Numbered from the stretch's first letter, positions 21,494 to 34,641 are shown. The stretch: 64,000 nucleotides of DNA from Rhodospirillaceae bacterium (GCA_022843945.1 JALHMR010000007.1:116546-180545); one strand, 5' to 3'. The notes: generated by a model not told the origin, from the sequence alone. Program-made: numbers and translations.

Positions 21494-21919
21494 ATGCCGA
21501 TGGCCGAGGCGCCGGTCACCTATCGCGGCACGGTTTATCCGTGGCAGTGCGACCATATCGGGCACATGAACGTCATGTGGTACGTCGGCAAGTTCGACGA
21601 GGCCACCTGGAACCTGTTCACCGAGATCGGCCTGACGCCCTCCTATCTGCGCGAAGGAAAGAGCGGCATGGCCGCCGTGCAGCAGAACATCACCTACAAG
21701 CGCGAGCTGATGCCCGGCGACACCGTCATGGTGCGCACGCGGCTGCTCGAGGTGCGCGAGAAGGTCCTGCGCTACGTTCACGAGATGAGCCTCGTCGAGG
21801 GCGGCGAGCCGGTGGCGCTGTGCGAGCTCACCGTCGTGCACATGGATCGTGCGGCCCACAAATCCTCCGCCCTGCCGCCGGTCGTGGCCGAGCGCGCCCG
21901 CGCGCTGCTGGCCGCCTGA
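21494..21919 (+). CDS. Acyl-CoA thioesterase (4HBT/YbgC-like hotdog fold)
   Basis: MPMAEAPVTYRGTVYPWQCDHIGHMNVMWY is the 4HBT signature. A GGAGAGAGGA RBS is present. Confidence 0.75.
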   Translation: MPMAEAPVTYRGTVYPWQCDHIGHMNVMWYVGKFDEATWNLFTEIGLTPSYLREGKSGMAAVQQNITYKRELMPGDTVMVRTRLLEVREKVLRYVHEMSLVEGGEPVALCELTVVHMDRAAHKSSALPPVVAERARALLAA

Positions 21920-21926
21920 GGTCGCC

Positions 21927-22400
21927 ATGTCGCGCTTCACCCCGAAGAACCCGGATTTCGCCGCGCGCGTGCGCGACAGCTTCGACCGCCAGGGCGCCAT
22001 GGCGCATATCGGCGCCGAGATGACGCGCGTCGATCCCGGCGCCGTCGATATCGCCGTGACCTATCGTCCCGAGCTTGGCCAGCAGCACGGCTACTTCCAT
22101 GGCGGCATCGTCGGCATGATCGCGGATTCCGCCGGCGGTTATGCGGCCTTCAGTCTGATGCCGGCCGACGCGTCCGTTCTGACCGTCGAGTACAAGATCA
22201 ACCTGCTGGCGCCGTCGGACGGGACGCGCCTGGTCGCCAAGGGACGCGTCACCAAGCCCGGCCGCACGCTGAGCGTCTGCCATGTCGATGTCTTCGTCGA
22301 GCGTGACGGGCATGAGCATCTCTGCGCCACGCTCTTACAGACGCTGATGACCATGACCGGCAAGTCCGATGGCCTCGCTTCTGATAAAAAGAAATCGTGA
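21927..22400 (+). CDS. PaaI-family thioesterase (hotdog fold)
   Basis: The internal Met MSRFTPKNPDFAA is the likely start. The PaaI-type motif is HGYFHGGIVGMIADSAGG. Confidence 0.75.
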   Translation: MSRFTPKNPDFAARVRDSFDRQGAMAHIGAEMTRVDPGAVDIAVTYRPELGQQHGYFHGGIVGMIADSAGGYAAFSLMPADASVLTVEYKINLLAPSDGTRLVAKGRVTKPGRTLSVCHVDVFVERDGHEHLCATLLQTLMTMTGKSDGLASDKKKS

Positions 22401-23308
22401 CTCTGTCGCCTGCCGAGACGCGGCTGGCCTATGGCCTGCTGCTCCTCACGCCATTGCTGTTTTCCGCCAACGCGCTGACGGCGCGCTGGGTGGGGGATTC
22501 ATTGCCCCCCGTAGCCCTGGCTTTCTGGCGCTGGGCGCTGACCCTGGTCCTCCTATTCCCCTACGCAGGACGGGCCTTCTTCGCCGGCTGGCGCGAACTT
22601 CTGGCCGAGTGGCGCGTGCTCCTGTTGCTCGGTTTCCTGGGCATGGGGGTGTGCGGCGCTCCGGTCTACATGGGCGCCCGGACCACGACGGCCACCAATA
22701 TCGGCCTGATCTACGCCATAACGCCGATCTTCATCGTCGTCATTTCCTGGCTTGGCTGGCGGGAGACGGTGACGCGGCGGCAGGTCTTGGGCATCGTTCT
22801 GGCCTTGGCCGGGGTGCTGGCGATCATCGCCCGCGGCGATCCGCGTGTCCTCCTCACCCTCGATTTCGTGCCGGGCGATATCTTCATCCTCGTCGCCATG
22901 ATGGCCTGGGCACTCTACTCGGTCATCCTCAAGCATCGGCCGAGCCGCCAGCCCATGGCGGCGCGCTTCATCGGCATCGTCATCGCCGGCGTTCTGGTGA
23001 TGCTGCCGTTCTACGGCATCGAACTGGCGCTGGGCGAGCGCATGCCGCTCGACGGGCGCACGGTCGCCGTCGTGCTGATCCTGTCGCTGGTTTCGGGCAT
23101 CGGTGCGTTCCTGGCCTACGGCAAGCTGGTCGCCATGGTCGGCCCGCAGCGCACCGGCCTGCTTCTCTATATCGGCCCGGTCTACATCGCGGTCCTCGCT
23201 TGGCTGCTGCTGGGCGAGCGGCTCGAGGTCTTCCACTTCGCCGGTACGGCGCTGATCCTTGGAGGTATCGCGCTGGCCACGGTGGCGCCAAGGGCGGCCC
23301 GGGGCTAG
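22397..23308 (+). CDS. DMT/EamA-family transporter
   Basis: Ten transmembrane helices. A GTG start overlaps the previous stop. Confidence 0.8.
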   Translation: MTLSPAETRLAYGLLLLTPLLFSANALTARWVGDSLPPVALAFWRWALTLVLLFPYAGRAFFAGWRELLAEWRVLLLLGFLGMGVCGAPVYMGARTTTATNIGLIYAITPIFIVVISWLGWRETVTRRQVLGIVLALAGVLAIIARGDPRVLLTLDFVPGDIFILVAMMAWALYSVILKHRPSRQPMAARFIGIVIAGVLVMLPFYGIELALGERMPLDGRTVAVVLILSLVSGIGAFLAYGKLVAMVGPQRTGLLLYIGPVYIAVLAWLLLGERLEVFHFAGTALILGGIALATVAPRAARG

Positions 23309-23354
23309 AGTTTCCGGCCGCGCCAAGAATAGAAGAACCCAGGGAGGCAACGGC

Positions 23355-24527
<1,173 letters not shown>

Positions 24528-24537
24528 GGAGAAGCCG

Positions 24538-24957
24538 ATGCTGCCCGAGGTCAACGACCTTTCGGTGCTGATGGCGGCGGTGGCAGCGTTCGCATTGGGC
24601 GGCGTCTGGTACTCGCCGCCGTTCTTCGGGCCCGCCTGGATGCGCGCCAACGGCTACTCGGCCGAGAAGATGGCCGAGATGCGCAAGGCCCGGCCACCGG
24701 CGCGCAGCCTGGCCATCACCTTCGTCAGCCAGTTCGTCATGGCCGTGGTTCTCGCCTACCTGATGCGCTGGACCGAGATCACCGGCGTCAAGCCCGGCGT
24801 GATGTTCGGCCTGCTGATCTGGGCCGGTTTCGCCGCAACCGTGGCGCTCATCGCCAATGTCTTTTCCGACCGGCCGTTCCAGGCCTTCATCATCGAATCC
24901 GGTTACCAGCTCTGCAGCATCACGCTGATGGCCGCCATCATCGGCGGCTGGCGCTAG
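24538..24957 (+). CDS. DUF1761-like small membrane protein
   Basis: 139 aa with four transmembrane segments, embedded in the operon. Confidence 0.55.
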   Translation: MLPEVNDLSVLMAAVAAFALGGVWYSPPFFGPAWMRANGYSAEKMAEMRKARPPARSLAITFVSQFVMAVVLAYLMRWTEITGVKPGVMFGLLIWAGFAATVALIANVFSDRPFQAFIIESGYQLCSITLMAAIIGGWR

Positions 24958-24969
24958 AGGAGACCCCGC

Positions 24970-25473
24970 ATGACTGCTTGGCACATCGCTCAGCTCAACG
25001 TTGCCCGCGCCGTGGCGCCGCTCGACAGCCCGGAGCTCGTGGACTTCATGGCGGCGCTCGACGGCGTCAACGCCCTGGCCGAGGCCTCGCCCGGCTTCGT
25101 CTGGCGCCTGAAGAGCGACAGCGGCAACGCCACGGACATCCAGGTCGAGGACGATCCCAAGTTCATCGTCAACATGTCGGTCTGGGACTCGGTCGAGGCG
25201 CTGTTCGAGTTCGTCTACCGCTCCGCCCATACCAGGGTCATGGTGCGGCGGCGCGAATGGTTCGAGAAGCCGGTGGAGGCCTTCCAGGTCCTGTGGTGGG
25301 TGCCGGCCGGCCACAACCCGACGATCGAGGAGGCGATGGCGCGGCTCCAGCATCTGCGCCAGCGCGGCGCTACGGCCTACGCCTTCACCTTCAAGGAACG
25401 CTATCCGGTCCCGTATGTGGGCGGAACGCCGACCGATATGAAACCAGAACCCTATTGCGTGGGCTGGGCCTGA
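24970..25473 (+). CDS. DUF3291-like protein
   Basis: 167 aa ([30 protein letters not shown]...), tightly packed in the operon. Confidence 0.55.
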   Translation: MTAWHIAQLNVARAVAPLDSPELVDFMAALDGVNALAEASPGFVWRLKSDSGNATDIQVEDDPKFIVNMSVWDSVEALFEFVYRSAHTRVMVRRREWFEKPVEAFQVLWWVPAGHNPTIEEAMARLQHLRQRGATAYAFTFKERYPVPYVGGTPTDMKPEPYCVGWA

Positions 25474-25477
25474 TCGC

Positions 25478-26617
25478 ATGCAGTTCACCGAAACGCAGAC
25501 CATGATCCGCGAGGCCGCGCGCGAGTTCGCGCAAGGCAGCCTGGCGCCCAACGCCGCCGAGTGGGACCGCAACTCGACCTTTCCCAAGGAGGCGCTGGCC
25601 GAGATGGGCAAGCTCGGCTTCATGGGCATGCAGGTGCCCGAGGAATGGGGCGGGGCGGGGGTCGATCACGTCGCCTATGCCCTGGCCGTGGAGGAGATCG
25701 CGGCCGGCGACGCCTCGACCTCGACCATCATGAGCGTGCACAACTCGGTCGTCTGCATGCCGTTGCTGAAGTACGGCACGCAGGAGCAGAAGGAGAAGTT
25801 CCTGCGCCCGCTGGCCAAGGGCGAGCTGCTCGGCTGTTTCTGCCTGACCGAGCCGCAGGCCGGCTCCGACGCTTCCTCGCTCAAGACCAGGGCGAAGCGC
25901 GACGGCAACCACTGGGTGCTCAACGGCACCAAGCAGTTCATCACCTCGGGCAGCACGGCCGACCTCGCCATCGTCTTCGCGGTCACCGATCCGGCCAAGG
26001 GCAAGAAGGGCATCTCGGCCTTTCTCGTGCCCACGAAGAAGGTCGAGGGCTGGAAGGTGGCGCGGGTCGAGGAGAAGCTCGGCCTGCACGCCTCCGATAC
26101 CTGCCAGATCGTCATGGACGACATGCGCCTGACTCCCGACCTGATGCTCGGCGAGGAAGGCCAGGGCTACCGCATCGCGCTGGGCAATCTCGAGGGTGGG
26201 CGCATCGGCATCGCCGCGCAGGCCGTGGGCATGGCGCGCGCGGCCTACGAAGCGGCGGTCGCCTATGCCAAGGACCGCGAGAGCTTCGGCAAGAAGATCA
26301 TCGAGCACCAGGCCATCGCCTTCAAGCTGGCGGACATGGCGACCCAGATCGAGGCGGCGCGCCTGCTGGTGCTCAACGCCGCGGCCAAGCGCGACGCCGG
26401 CGAGCCCTGCCTGACCGAGGCGGCGATGGCCAAGCTCTTCGCCTCGGAGATGGCGGAGAAAGTGTGCTCCGACGCCATCCAGATCCATGGCGGCTACGGC
26501 TACCTCAACGACTTCCCGGTGGAGCGCATCTATCGCGACGCGCGCATCACCCAGATCTACGAAGGCACCTCCGACATCCAGCGGCTGGTGATCAGCCGCG
26601 CCATCGCCGGAGGCTGA
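25478..26617 (+). CDS. Acyl-CoA dehydrogenase (short/branched-chain type)
   Basis: 379 aa ACAD with catalytic-region motifs ([46 protein letters not shown]). Confidence 0.85.
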   Translation: MQFTETQTMIREAAREFAQGSLAPNAAEWDRNSTFPKEALAEMGKLGFMGMQVPEEWGGAGVDHVAYALAVEEIAAGDASTSTIMSVHNSVVCMPLLKYGTQEQKEKFLRPLAKGELLGCFCLTEPQAGSDASSLKTRAKRDGNHWVLNGTKQFITSGSTADLAIVFAVTDPAKGKKGISAFLVPTKKVEGWKVARVEEKLGLHASDTCQIVMDDMRLTPDLMLGEEGQGYRIALGNLEGGRIGIAAQAVGMARAAYEAAVAYAKDRESFGKKIIEHQAIAFKLADMATQIEAARLLVLNAAAKRDAGEPCLTEAAMAKLFASEMAEKVCSDAIQIHGGYGYLNDFPVERIYRDARITQIYEGTSDIQRLVISRAIAGG

Positions 26618-26618
26618 C

Positions 26619-27221
26619 GTGGCGGCGCCCATCGACTTCTACTTCGACTTCTCCAGCCCTTACGGCTATTTCGCCTCGCTCAAGATCGACGAGATCGCCA
26701 GGCGCCACGAGCGCGCCGTCACCTGGCGGCCCTACCTGCTGGGCGCGGTGTTCAAGATCACCAAGATGCAGCCGCTGCTCGACTACCCGATCAAGGGCGA
26801 CTACATGAAGCGCGACTGGCAGCGCACCGCCCGCCTGCAGAACGCCAGATGGAAGATGCCGGAGATGTTCCCCTTCGCGGCGATCAATGCCAGCCGCGTG
26901 GTCTACTGGCTGAACGACAAGGATCCGGCGCTCGGCCGCAAGTTCGCGCAGGCCGCCTATCACCAGGCCTTCGGCGAGGGCCGCGACATCGTCTCGGTCA
27001 ACGCCGTGGCCGCCGTCGCCGAGGGGCTGGGCGTGCCGCAGGGCGACACCCTGGCGGCGATCAACGATCCGGCAGTCAAGGAGCGCCTGCGCAAAGAGGT
27101 GGACGCCGGCATCGAGCGCGGCGTCTTCGGCTCGCCCTTCGTCATCGTCGACGGCGAGCCGTTCTGGGGGGCCGACCGGCTCGACCAGGTCGATGGCTGG
27201 CTGGCCACGGGCGGCTGGTGA
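26619..27221 (+). CDS. 2-hydroxychromene-2-carboxylate isomerase / DsbA-like thioredoxin-fold protein
   Basis: PIDFYFDFSSPYGYF at the N-terminus and GVFGSPFVIVDGEPFWGADRL at the C-terminus mark the HCCA-isomerase family. Confidence 0.75.
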   Translation: MAAPIDFYFDFSSPYGYFASLKIDEIARRHERAVTWRPYLLGAVFKITKMQPLLDYPIKGDYMKRDWQRTARLQNARWKMPEMFPFAAINASRVVYWLNDKDPALGRKFAQAAYHQAFGEGRDIVSVNAVAAVAEGLGVPQGDTLAAINDPAVKERLRKEVDAGIERGVFGSPFVIVDGEPFWGADRLDQVDGWLATGGW

Positions 27222-27225
27222 TCCG

Positions 27226-27630
27226 ATGGCCCTGACCAAGACGCACAAGCAGCTGGTCGACGAGGCGATGGCCGTGATCGAGACCGTGCCGGTCGCCGAG
27301 GCGATCAGGCTGCACACCGATCCCAACACCGTCTTCGTCGACATCCGCGATCCGCGCGAGCTCGAGCGCGAGGGCATGATCCCGGGCGCCGTCCATGTGA
27401 CGCGCGGCATGCTCGAATTCTGGATCGACCCGACCAGCCCGTATTACCGGGAGGTCTTCGGCTCCGGTAAGCGCTTCCTCTTCTACTGTCAGTCGGCCTG
27501 GCGCTCGGCGCTGGCCACCCATACCGTGCAGGGGATGGGCCTCAAGCCGGTGGCCCAGCTCGAAGGCGGGCTCAAGGCCTGGAAAGAGGCGGGTGGGCCG
27601 ATCGCCACTTACGCGCCCAAGGCAAAATGA
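27226..27630 (+). CDS. Rhodanese-domain protein
   Basis: The active-site loop is YCQSAWRS. The start is the internal Met MALTKTHKQ. Confidence 0.7.
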   Translation: MALTKTHKQLVDEAMAVIETVPVAEAIRLHTDPNTVFVDIRDPRELEREGMIPGAVHVTRGMLEFWIDPTSPYYREVFGSGKRFLFYCQSAWRSALATHTVQGMGLKPVAQLEGGLKAWKEAGGPIATYAPKAK

Positions 27631-29234
27631 CCGTGTTCAAATCCGCCATCGACACACAGGACGAAGGCTTCCGCGCCAATGCCGAGGCGATGCAGGCGCT
27701 GGTGGCGGACCTGCGCACCAAGCTCGGCGCCATCAAGCAGGGCGGTGGCCAGGCGGCGAGCGACAAACACACCGCGCGCGGAAAGCTGCTGCCGCGCGAG
27801 CGCATCCGCCTGCTGCTCGATGTGGGTTCTCCTTTTCTCGAGCTGTCGCAGTTCGCCGCCTACGGCATGTATGGCGGCGATATCTCGGCGGCCGGCATCA
27901 TCACGGGTATCGGCCGTATCGAGGGCCGCGAATGCGTGGTCGTGTGCAACGACGCCACGGTCAAGGGCGGCACCTACTTCCCGATGACCGTGAAGAAGCA
28001 TGTGCGCGCCCAGGAGATCGCCCGGCAGAACAACCTGCCGTGCGTCTACCTGGTGGATTCGGGCGGCGCCAACCTGCCCAATCAGGACGACGTCTTCCCC
28101 GACCGTGACCATTTCGGCCGCATCTTCTACAACCAGGCCACGATGTCGGCGGCCGGCATCCCGCAGATCGCCGTGGTCATGGGCTCGTGCACGGCGGGCG
28201 GTGCCTATGTCCCGGCGATGTCGGACGAGGCGATCATCGTCAAGAACCAGGGCACGATCTTTCTCGCCGGCCCGCCGCTGGTGAAGGCGGCGACGGGCGA
28301 GGTGGTATCAGCCGAGGAGCTGGGCGGGGCCGACGTGCACGCCCGCGTCTCCGGCGTGGTCGACCACTACGCCCTCAACGATGCGCACGCGCTGGCCCTG
28401 GCCCGGCGCATCGTGGCCCGTACCAACCGCACCAAGACTGTCTCGCTCGACGTCGCGCCGCCAGTCGAGCCGCGCTATGACGCCTCCGAGATCTACGGCG
28501 TGGTGCCGACCGACGTGCGCAAGCCCTACGACGTGCGCGAGATCATTGCCCGTGTCGTCGACGGCAGCGAACTGGATGAGTTCAAGCCGCTCTATGGCAC
28601 CACCCTGGTCACCGGCTTTGCCCGCATCTGGGGCTACCCGGTGGGCATCGTCGCCAATAACGGCATCCTGTTCTCTGAGTCGGCGCTCAAGGGCGCGCAT
28701 TTCATCGAGCTCTGCGCCCAGCGCAACATCCCCCTGGTCTTTCTGCAGAACATCTCCGGCTTCATGGTCGGCAAGAAATACGAATCCGGCGGCATCGCCC
28801 GCGACGGCGCCAAGATGGTCACTGCCGTGTCCTGTGCCAACGTGCCGAAGTTCACGGTGATCATCGGCGGCAGCTTCGGCGCCGGCAATTACGGCATGTG
28901 CGGTCGCGCCTTCAACCCGCGCTTCCTGTGGATGTGGCCCAATGCCCGCATCTCGGTGATGGGCGGCGAGCAGGCGGCGAGCGTGCTGGCCACCGTGCGC
29001 CGCGACAATATCGAAGCCTCGGGCAAGTCCTGGTCCAAGGAGGACGAGGAGAAGTTCAAGCAGCCGCTGCGCGACCAGTACGAAACACAAGGCCATCCCT
29101 ATTACGCCTCGGCCCGGCTGTGGGACGACGGCATCATCGATCCGGCCGAGACGCGCATGGTGCTCGGCCTCGGCCTGTCGACCTCGCTCAACGCGCCGAT
29201 CGAGCCGACGAGGTTCGGCGTGTTCCGGATGTAG
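27627..29234 (+). CDS. mccB: Methylcrotonyl-CoA carboxylase beta subunit (carboxyltransferase)
   Basis: 535 aa with the MCC-beta N-terminus ([22 protein letters not shown]), the [10 protein letters not shown] motif and carboxyltransferase domains. Confidence 0.9.
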   Translation: MTVFKSAIDTQDEGFRANAEAMQALVADLRTKLGAIKQGGGQAASDKHTARGKLLPRERIRLLLDVGSPFLELSQFAAYGMYGGDISAAGIITGIGRIEGRECVVVCNDATVKGGTYFPMTVKKHVRAQEIARQNNLPCVYLVDSGGANLPNQDDVFPDRDHFGRIFYNQATMSAAGIPQIAVVMGSCTAGGAYVPAMSDEAIIVKNQGTIFLAGPPLVKAATGEVVSAEELGGADVHARVSGVVDHYALNDAHALALARRIVARTNRTKTVSLDVAPPVEPRYDASEIYGVVPTDVRKPYDVREIIARVVDGSELDEFKPLYGTTLVTGFARIWGYPVGIVANNGILFSESALKGAHFIELCAQRNIPLVFLQNISGFMVGKKYESGGIARDGAKMVTAVSCANVPKFTVIIGGSFGAGNYGMCGRAFNPRFLWMWPNARISVMGGEQAASVLATVRRDNIEASGKSWSKEDEEKFKQPLRDQYETQGHPYYASARLWDDGIIDPAETRMVLGLGLSTSLNAPIEPTRFGVFRM

Positions 29235-29236
29235 CC

Positions 29237-30025
29237 ATGGCCATCATCGAAACCGAGATCGACGGGCGCGGGGCGCTGACCGTCTGGCTCAACCGGCCGG
29301 AGGTGCACAACGCCTTCGATGACACTCTGATCGCCACCCTCACGGAGACTCTGCGCAAGGCCGAGGCCGACTCACAGACGCGCGTGGTGGTTCTGGCGGG
29401 GCGGGGGCCGAGCTTCTCGGCTGGGGCCGATCTCGGTTGGATGAAGCGCATGGCCACCTATACGGAAGCCGAGAACCGGCGCGACGCCGAAGCTCTGGCC
29501 GAGCTGCTGCGCACCCTCAATTTCATGCCCAAGCCGACGATCGCCGCCGTGCAGGGCAACGCCTATGGCGGCGGGGTGGGGCTCGTCGCCTGCTGCGACA
29601 TCGTGGTGGCTTACGAGCAGGCCAACTTCGCCCTGACCGAGGTCAAGCTCGGCCTCATCCCGGCGACCATCGGGCCTTACGTGGTCTCCGCCATCGGCGA
29701 ACGCCAAGCGCGCCGCCTGTTCCTCACCGGCGAAGCCTTCAGCGCCCTTGAAGCGCACCGCCTGGGCCTGGTCCACCGGCTGTGCACGCGGCTGCGCGAT
29801 GATCTGGTCATCACTGTGTCGCAGATCATCGACGCGCTGGTCGCCGCCGGACCTGGCGCGCAGGCGGCGGCCAAGGCGCTGATCTGGCGGGTCGGCCGCG
29901 GCCCGGTGGACGCCGAGATGATCGCCGACACGGCGCGGCGCATCGCCGAGATCCGCGTCACGCCGGAGGGCCGCGAAGGCATCGGCGCCTTTCTCGAGAA
30001 GCGCAAACCCAAGTGGCGAGGGTGA
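29237..30025 (+). CDS. liuC: Methylglutaconyl-CoA hydratase (enoyl-CoA hydratase/isomerase family)
   Basis: The internal Met MAIIETEIDG is the start. The crotonase fold shows in AVQGNAYGGGVGLVACCD. Confidence 0.85.
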   Translation: MAIIETEIDGRGALTVWLNRPEVHNAFDDTLIATLTETLRKAEADSQTRVVVLAGRGPSFSAGADLGWMKRMATYTEAENRRDAEALAELLRTLNFMPKPTIAAVQGNAYGGGVGLVACCDIVVAYEQANFALTEVKLGLIPATIGPYVVSAIGERQARRLFLTGEAFSALEAHRLGLVHRLCTRLRDDLVITVSQIIDALVAAGPGAQAAAKALIWRVGRGPVDAEMIADTARRIAEIRVTPEGREGIGAFLEKRKPKWRG

Positions 30026-30032
30026 GGCGCGG

Positions 30033-32036
30033 ATGATCGCCAAGCTGCTCATCGCCAATCGTGGCGAGATCGCCTGCCGGGTGATACGCACGGCTCGGCG
30101 GCTCGGCATCCGCACGGTTGCCGTCTACTCGGATGCCGACGCCAGGGCACGTCACGTGGCGATGGCCGACGAGGCCTTTCGCATCGGCCCGGCGCCGGCC
30201 CGCGACAGCTACCTCAAGGTCGATGCCATCCTCGAGGCTGCGAAGAAGAGCGGCGCCGATGCCATCCACCCCGGCTACGGCTTCCTCTCGGAGAACGCCG
30301 AGTTCGCCGAGGCCTGCGCCAGGGCGGGCGTCATCTTCGTCGGCCCGCCGCCCTCGGCCATCCGCGCCATGGGCGGCAAGAGTGCCGCCAAGGCCCTCAT
30401 GGAGAAGGCCGGCGTGCCGGTGGTGCCGGGCTATCACGGGAAGGACCAGGGTATCGCGCTCTTCGCCGAGGCGGCGCGCAAGATCGGCTATCCGGTGCTG
30501 GTGAAGGCCTCGGCCGGCGGTGGCGGCAAGGGCATGCGTATCGTCGAGACGGAGATGGCCCTGCACGATGCGATCGAAAGCGCGCGGCGCGAGGCGAAGT
30601 CGAGTTTCGGCGACGACACGCTGCTGATCGAGAAATACCTGACCCAGCCGCGGCATATCGAGATCCAGGTCTTCGCCGACAGCCACGACAACGCCGTCTA
30701 TCTCTTCGAGCGCGACTGCTCGGTGCAGCGCCGCCACCAGAAGGTGATCGAGGAAGCGCCGGCTCCCGGCATGACCGTCGCGCGCCGCAAGGCGATGGGC
30801 GAGGCGGCGGTGAAGGCCGCCCGCGCCGTCGGCTATCGCGGGGCGGGCACGGTCGAGTTCATCGCGGCGCCTGACGGCGCCTTCTACTTTATGGAGATGA
30901 ATACCCGCCTCCAGGTCGAGCACCCGGTGACCGAGATGATCACCGGGCAGGACCTGGTGGAATGGCAGCTCATCGTGGCCAATGGTGGCGCCCTGCCCAA
31001 GAAGCAGAACGAGCTGCGCATCGACGGCCATGCCTTCGAGGTGCGGCTCTATGCCGAGGATCCGATACGCGATTTCCTGCCAGCGACCGGCACGCTGCAT
31101 CACCTGCTCTTTCCGGAGGAAGGCTCGCATGTGCGTGTCGATACCGGCATCCGGGCCGGCGACGCGGTCAGCATCCATTACGACCCGATGATCGCCAAGC
31201 TGATCGTCTGGGATAGCGACCGCGAGGCGGCGCGGCGGAGGCTCGTGGCGGCGCTGGCCGAGACCGAGATCGCCGGCCTGGTGACCAACCGGGCGTTCCT
31301 GGCGGCGCTGGCCGCGCATCCGGCCTTCGCCGCCGGCGAGGTCGATACCGGATTCATCGCCCGTCATCGCGCGGCGCTGATACCGGCGGCGGTGCGGGTA
31401 CCCGACGAAGGGCTGGCGCTGGCGGTGCTTGGCTTCATGCTGCAGCGCCAGGCCGAGGCGGCGGCGGCGGGTCAGCGCGCTTCTGATCCTTACAGCCCCT
31501 GGCACCAGGCGAGCGGCTGGCGGCTCAACGACGACGCGCATCATGTGCTGCGCTTGCGCGATCCCGTCGCTGGCGAGATCGCCGTCACGGCGCATTTCCG
31601 GCCGGATGGTTTCCTCATCGACCTGCCCGGCGGATCGCTCACGGTCCGCGGCACGCTGCGCCATGGCGTGATCGAGGCGGACCTTGGCGAGGGCAAGGCC
31701 AGGGCGGCTTTCCTGCGCCGTGGCGACGAGCTCACCGTCATCGCCGACGGGCGCAACCATACGCTTGGCCTCGTCAATCCGCTGGCCGAGGCGGGCGACA
31801 GCGCCGCCGACGCGGGCCGCCTGACGGCACCGATGCCCGGCAAGATCGTGGCACTGCGCGTCATCAATGGCGCGTCGGTCAAGCGCGGCGCGCCCCTGCT
31901 CGTGCTCGAGGCGATGAAGATGGAGCACACCATCGCCGCCCCGGCCGACGGTATCGTGGAGCGCCTGCGTTACAAGGTCGGCGACCAGGTCGATGAAGGA
32001 GCCGAACTGGTCGTGTTCAAGCCGGCGAAGATCTGA
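30033..32036 (+). CDS. mccA: Methylcrotonyl-CoA carboxylase alpha subunit (biotin carboxylase + BCCP)
   Basis: [34 protein letters not shown] and a C-terminal EAMKMEH biotinyl motif. Confidence 0.9.
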   Translation: MIAKLLIANRGEIACRVIRTARRLGIRTVAVYSDADARARHVAMADEAFRIGPAPARDSYLKVDAILEAAKKSGADAIHPGYGFLSENAEFAEACARAGVIFVGPPPSAIRAMGGKSAAKALMEKAGVPVVPGYHGKDQGIALFAEAARKIGYPVLVKASAGGGGKGMRIVETEMALHDAIESARREAKSSFGDDTLLIEKYLTQPRHIEIQVFADSHDNAVYLFERDCSVQRRHQKVIEEAPAPGMTVARRKAMGEAAVKAARAVGYRGAGTVEFIAAPDGAFYFMEMNTRLQVEHPVTEMITGQDLVEWQLIVANGGALPKKQNELRIDGHAFEVRLYAEDPIRDFLPATGTLHHLLFPEEGSHVRVDTGIRAGDAVSIHYDPMIAKLIVWDSDREAARRRLVAALAETEIAGLVTNRAFLAALAAHPAFAAGEVDTGFIARHRAALIPAAVRVPDEGLALAVLGFMLQRQAEAAAAGQRASDPYSPWHQASGWRLNDDAHHVLRLRDPVAGEIAVTAHFRPDGFLIDLPGGSLTVRGTLRHGVIEADLGEGKARAAFLRRGDELTVIADGRNHTLGLVNPLAEAGDSAADAGRLTAPMPGKIVALRVINGASVKRGAPLLVLEAMKMEHTIAAPADGIVERLRYKVGDQVDEGAELVVFKPAKI

Positions 32037-32037
32037 G

Positions 32038-32949
32038 ATGGCCTATCCCAAATCCGTGCGCATGGTCGAGGTCGGCCCGCGCGACGGCCTGCAGAACGAG
32101 GCCAAGACCGTGCCGACCGCGGTCAAGGTTCAGCTCATCGAATCGCTGGCCGATGCGGGCCTGACCGCCATCGAAGCCGGCGCCTTCGTTTCGCCGAAGT
32201 GGGTGCCGCAGATGGCCGACACCGCTTCCGTGCTCGCCGGGATCAAGCGCCGGCCAGGCATTCGCTACCCGGTGCTTGTTCCCAACATGAAGGGCTTCGA
32301 GGCGGCCGTGGCGTCCGGCTGCGACGAGATCGCCATCTTCGGCGCGGCGTCGGAGACGTTCTCCCAGAAGAACATCAACTGTTCCATCGCCGAGAGCCTG
32401 GAACGTTTCACGCCGGTGGTGGAAGCGGCGAAGAAAGCCGGCATCCGGGTGCGCGGCTATATCTCCTGCGTGCTCGGCTGTCCCTACGAGGGTGACGTCC
32501 CGCCGGCGGCGGTCGCCACCGTCGCGGCGAAGCTCCTGGCGATGGGCTGCTACGAGATTTCCTTGGGCGATACTATCGGTGTTGGCACGCCGGCAAAGGC
32601 AGTGGCAATGATCGAGGCCGTAGCCGAAGTCGTGCCCCGCGAACAGCTCGCGGTGCATTTCCACGATACTTATGGACAAGCCCTGGCGAACATCCTGGCC
32701 TGTCTGCAGCACGGGATTTCGGTGGTGGATTCCTCGGTGGCGGGACTCGGCGGCTGCCCCTATGCCCGTGGCGCGTCCGGTAACGTGGCCTCCGAGGACG
32801 TGCTTTACCTATTGAATGGGTTAGGTATTTCGACCGGGGTGAATTTAGACAAACTTGCTGACTCCGGGGGGTTAATTTGCGATTATCTCGGCCGTTCGCC
32901 GGCCTCCAAGGTCGCGCAGGCGCTTCTTGGGCGGCGAAAGCAGTCCTGA
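32038..32949 (+). CDS. hmgL: Hydroxymethylglutaryl-CoA lyase
   Basis: [15 protein letters not shown] at the N-terminus and the [20 protein letters not shown] motif. The ATG overlaps the mccA stop. Confidence 0.9.
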   Translation: MAYPKSVRMVEVGPRDGLQNEAKTVPTAVKVQLIESLADAGLTAIEAGAFVSPKWVPQMADTASVLAGIKRRPGIRYPVLVPNMKGFEAAVASGCDEIAIFGAASETFSQKNINCSIAESLERFTPVVEAAKKAGIRVRGYISCVLGCPYEGDVPPAAVATVAAKLLAMGCYEISLGDTIGVGTPAKAVAMIEAVAEVVPREQLAVHFHDTYGQALANILACLQHGISVVDSSVAGLGGCPYARGASGNVASEDVLYLLNGLGISTGVNLDKLADSGGLICDYLGRSPASKVAQALLGRRKQS

Positions 32950-33084
32950 CCAGTCCGGCCGATAGACCGGATGTGAGAAGCGGGGCGCGAGCCGGACTAA
33001 AGGCGGTGAACGAGGGGTATACGAGGGGGTAGGGCGTCTTCCTGACGCCCGATTTGGAGCGCGGCACGGCGCGGCGGCACCTGC

Positions 33085-33612
33085 ATGGGCTACAACCTAT
33101 CGAAACTGCGCGTCCTGATCGTCGACGACAGCAAGAACATGCGTATGCTGGTCAAGACGATCCTGAGCGCGCTTGGCGTCCAGGTCGTGCGCGAGGCGCC
33201 CGATGGCCAGGCCGCCATCAACGAACTGCGCTCCGGGCCGATCGACATTGCCATCGTCGACTGGGTCATGGAGCCGATGGACGGCCTCGAATTCGTGCGC
33301 CAGGTGCGCACCGGCGAGGACAGCCCGAGCCCCTTCCTGCCGATCATCATGATGACCGGCCACACCGAGAAACATCGCATCGTCAAGGCGCGTGACTCCG
33401 GTGTCACCGAGTTCCTGGCCAAACCGATCACGGCCAAGACACTGCTTGTGCGACTGACCAACATCATTGAGCATCCGCGACCCTTCGTCCGCGCCAAGGG
33501 CTATTTCGGTCCCGACCGGCGGCGACGGAGCGAGGATTACGGCGGGCCCGAGCGGCGCGGCACGAGCAAGGAAGGCGCCGCGGTGAAGGATGCCAAGCCG
33601 GTTCAGGCATAA
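33085..33612 (+). CDS. CheY-like single-domain response regulator with an Arg-rich C-terminal tail
   Basis: REC motifs LIVDDS...D(phosphoacceptor)...K, followed by ...FGPDRRRRSEDYGGPERRG. Confidence 0.8.
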   Translation: MGYNLSKLRVLIVDDSKNMRMLVKTILSALGVQVVREAPDGQAAINELRSGPIDIAIVDWVMEPMDGLEFVRQVRTGEDSPSPFLPIIMMTGHTEKHRIVKARDSGVTEFLAKPITAKTLLVRLTNIIEHPRPFVRAKGYFGPDRRRRSEDYGGPERRGTSKEGAAVKDAKPVQA

Positions 33613-33633
33613 CCGGCGTTTGGAGACAAGGCG

Positions 33634-34122
33634 ATGACCGAAGAGACAAAAGTACAGATCATCAACCCGCCGAACCGGCTCAAGTCCGTGGTCGACGATG
33701 GCCGTTCGACGAAAGGCGTCGACCCGAACCTGCTCGCCAAGGCCGAGAAGGCCATGGAGGACATGAAGCCGCAGGTCGAGGCGCATATGCGCAGCGAAGT
33801 GGCGAAGCTGGCGGAATTGATGGGCAAGGTGGCGGCGAGCGCCGGCCAGGACCGTGCGCTGCTCAGCGAGATGTACCGCGCGGCCTTCGAGCTCAAGGGG
33901 CAGGGGACGAGCGCCGGCTACGGCATGCTCACCCGCTTCGGCGATTCACTGTGCCGCTATATCGAGGCGCAGCAGAATATGGGCGCCAAGGAAGTGTCGA
34001 TCGTCAAAGCCCATGTCGATTCCATCTCGGCGATCATGGGCCGCAGCATCAAGGGCGATACGAATCCTATCGGTCTCGCCATCGCCGCCGAGCTTGAGAA
34101 GGTCGTCGGCCGCCCGATGTGA
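33634..34122 (+). CDS. Hypothetical helical protein, possibly Hpt-like
   Basis: 162 aa. The segment AAFELKGQGTSAGYGMLTRFG resembles the Hpt xHxLKGxxxxxG core but has Phe in place of His. Confidence 0.45.
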   Translation: MTEETKVQIINPPNRLKSVVDDGRSTKGVDPNLLAKAEKAMEDMKPQVEAHMRSEVAKLAELMGKVAASAGQDRALLSEMYRAAFELKGQGTSAGYGMLTRFGDSLCRYIEAQQNMGAKEVSIVKAHVDSISAIMGRSIKGDTNPIGLAIAAELEKVVGRPM

Positions 34123-34200
34123 TCCGTCGCGTTTGCGCTAGATTGGGGCGGCGGTATCACCGCCGCCCTTTGTGTTTATCCCTTCTGAGTAACCAAAGCC

Positions 34201-34641
34201 GTGGCTGCCATCGTTCATATCCTCAAGCTCTGCGTCGGTGTCTCGGAGCCGGATGAGCTCGCCGCCTGGCAGAAGAAGCGTTGGAACGACGCCAAGAAGG
34301 CGGGGCGCAAGCCCGAGTGCCGGCACATCACCCGCAACACGCCCAAGCGCGCCGCCGAGATCGTCGAAGGCGGCTCACTCTACTGGGTGATCAAGGGCGT
34401 GATCCGCGTGCGCCAGCGCATCATCGACGTGAAGCCCGTCGTCCACGAGGGCGAGCCGCGTTGCAAGCTGGTGCTCGACCGTAAGCTGGTGCGCGTCATG
34501 CCGCGGCCAATGCGCGCCTTCCAGGGTTGGCGCTACCTCGAAGCCACCAGTGCGCCGCCGGATCTCGACCAGCTCGGCAAGGGGGCGGCGAACATGCCGC
34601 CCAAGATGGTCGAGGAGTTGCGCGAGCTCGGATTGCTCTGA
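34201..34641 (+). CDS. DUF1489-like conserved protein
   Basis: 146 aa (MAAIVHILKLCVGVSEPDELAAWQKKRW...). Confidence 0.55.
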   Translation: MAAIVHILKLCVGVSEPDELAAWQKKRWNDAKKAGRKPECRHITRNTPKRAAEIVEGGSLYWVIKGVIRVRQRIIDVKPVVHEGEPRCKLVLDRKLVRVMPRPMRAFQGWRYLEATSAPPDLDQLGKGAANMPPKMVEELRELGLL

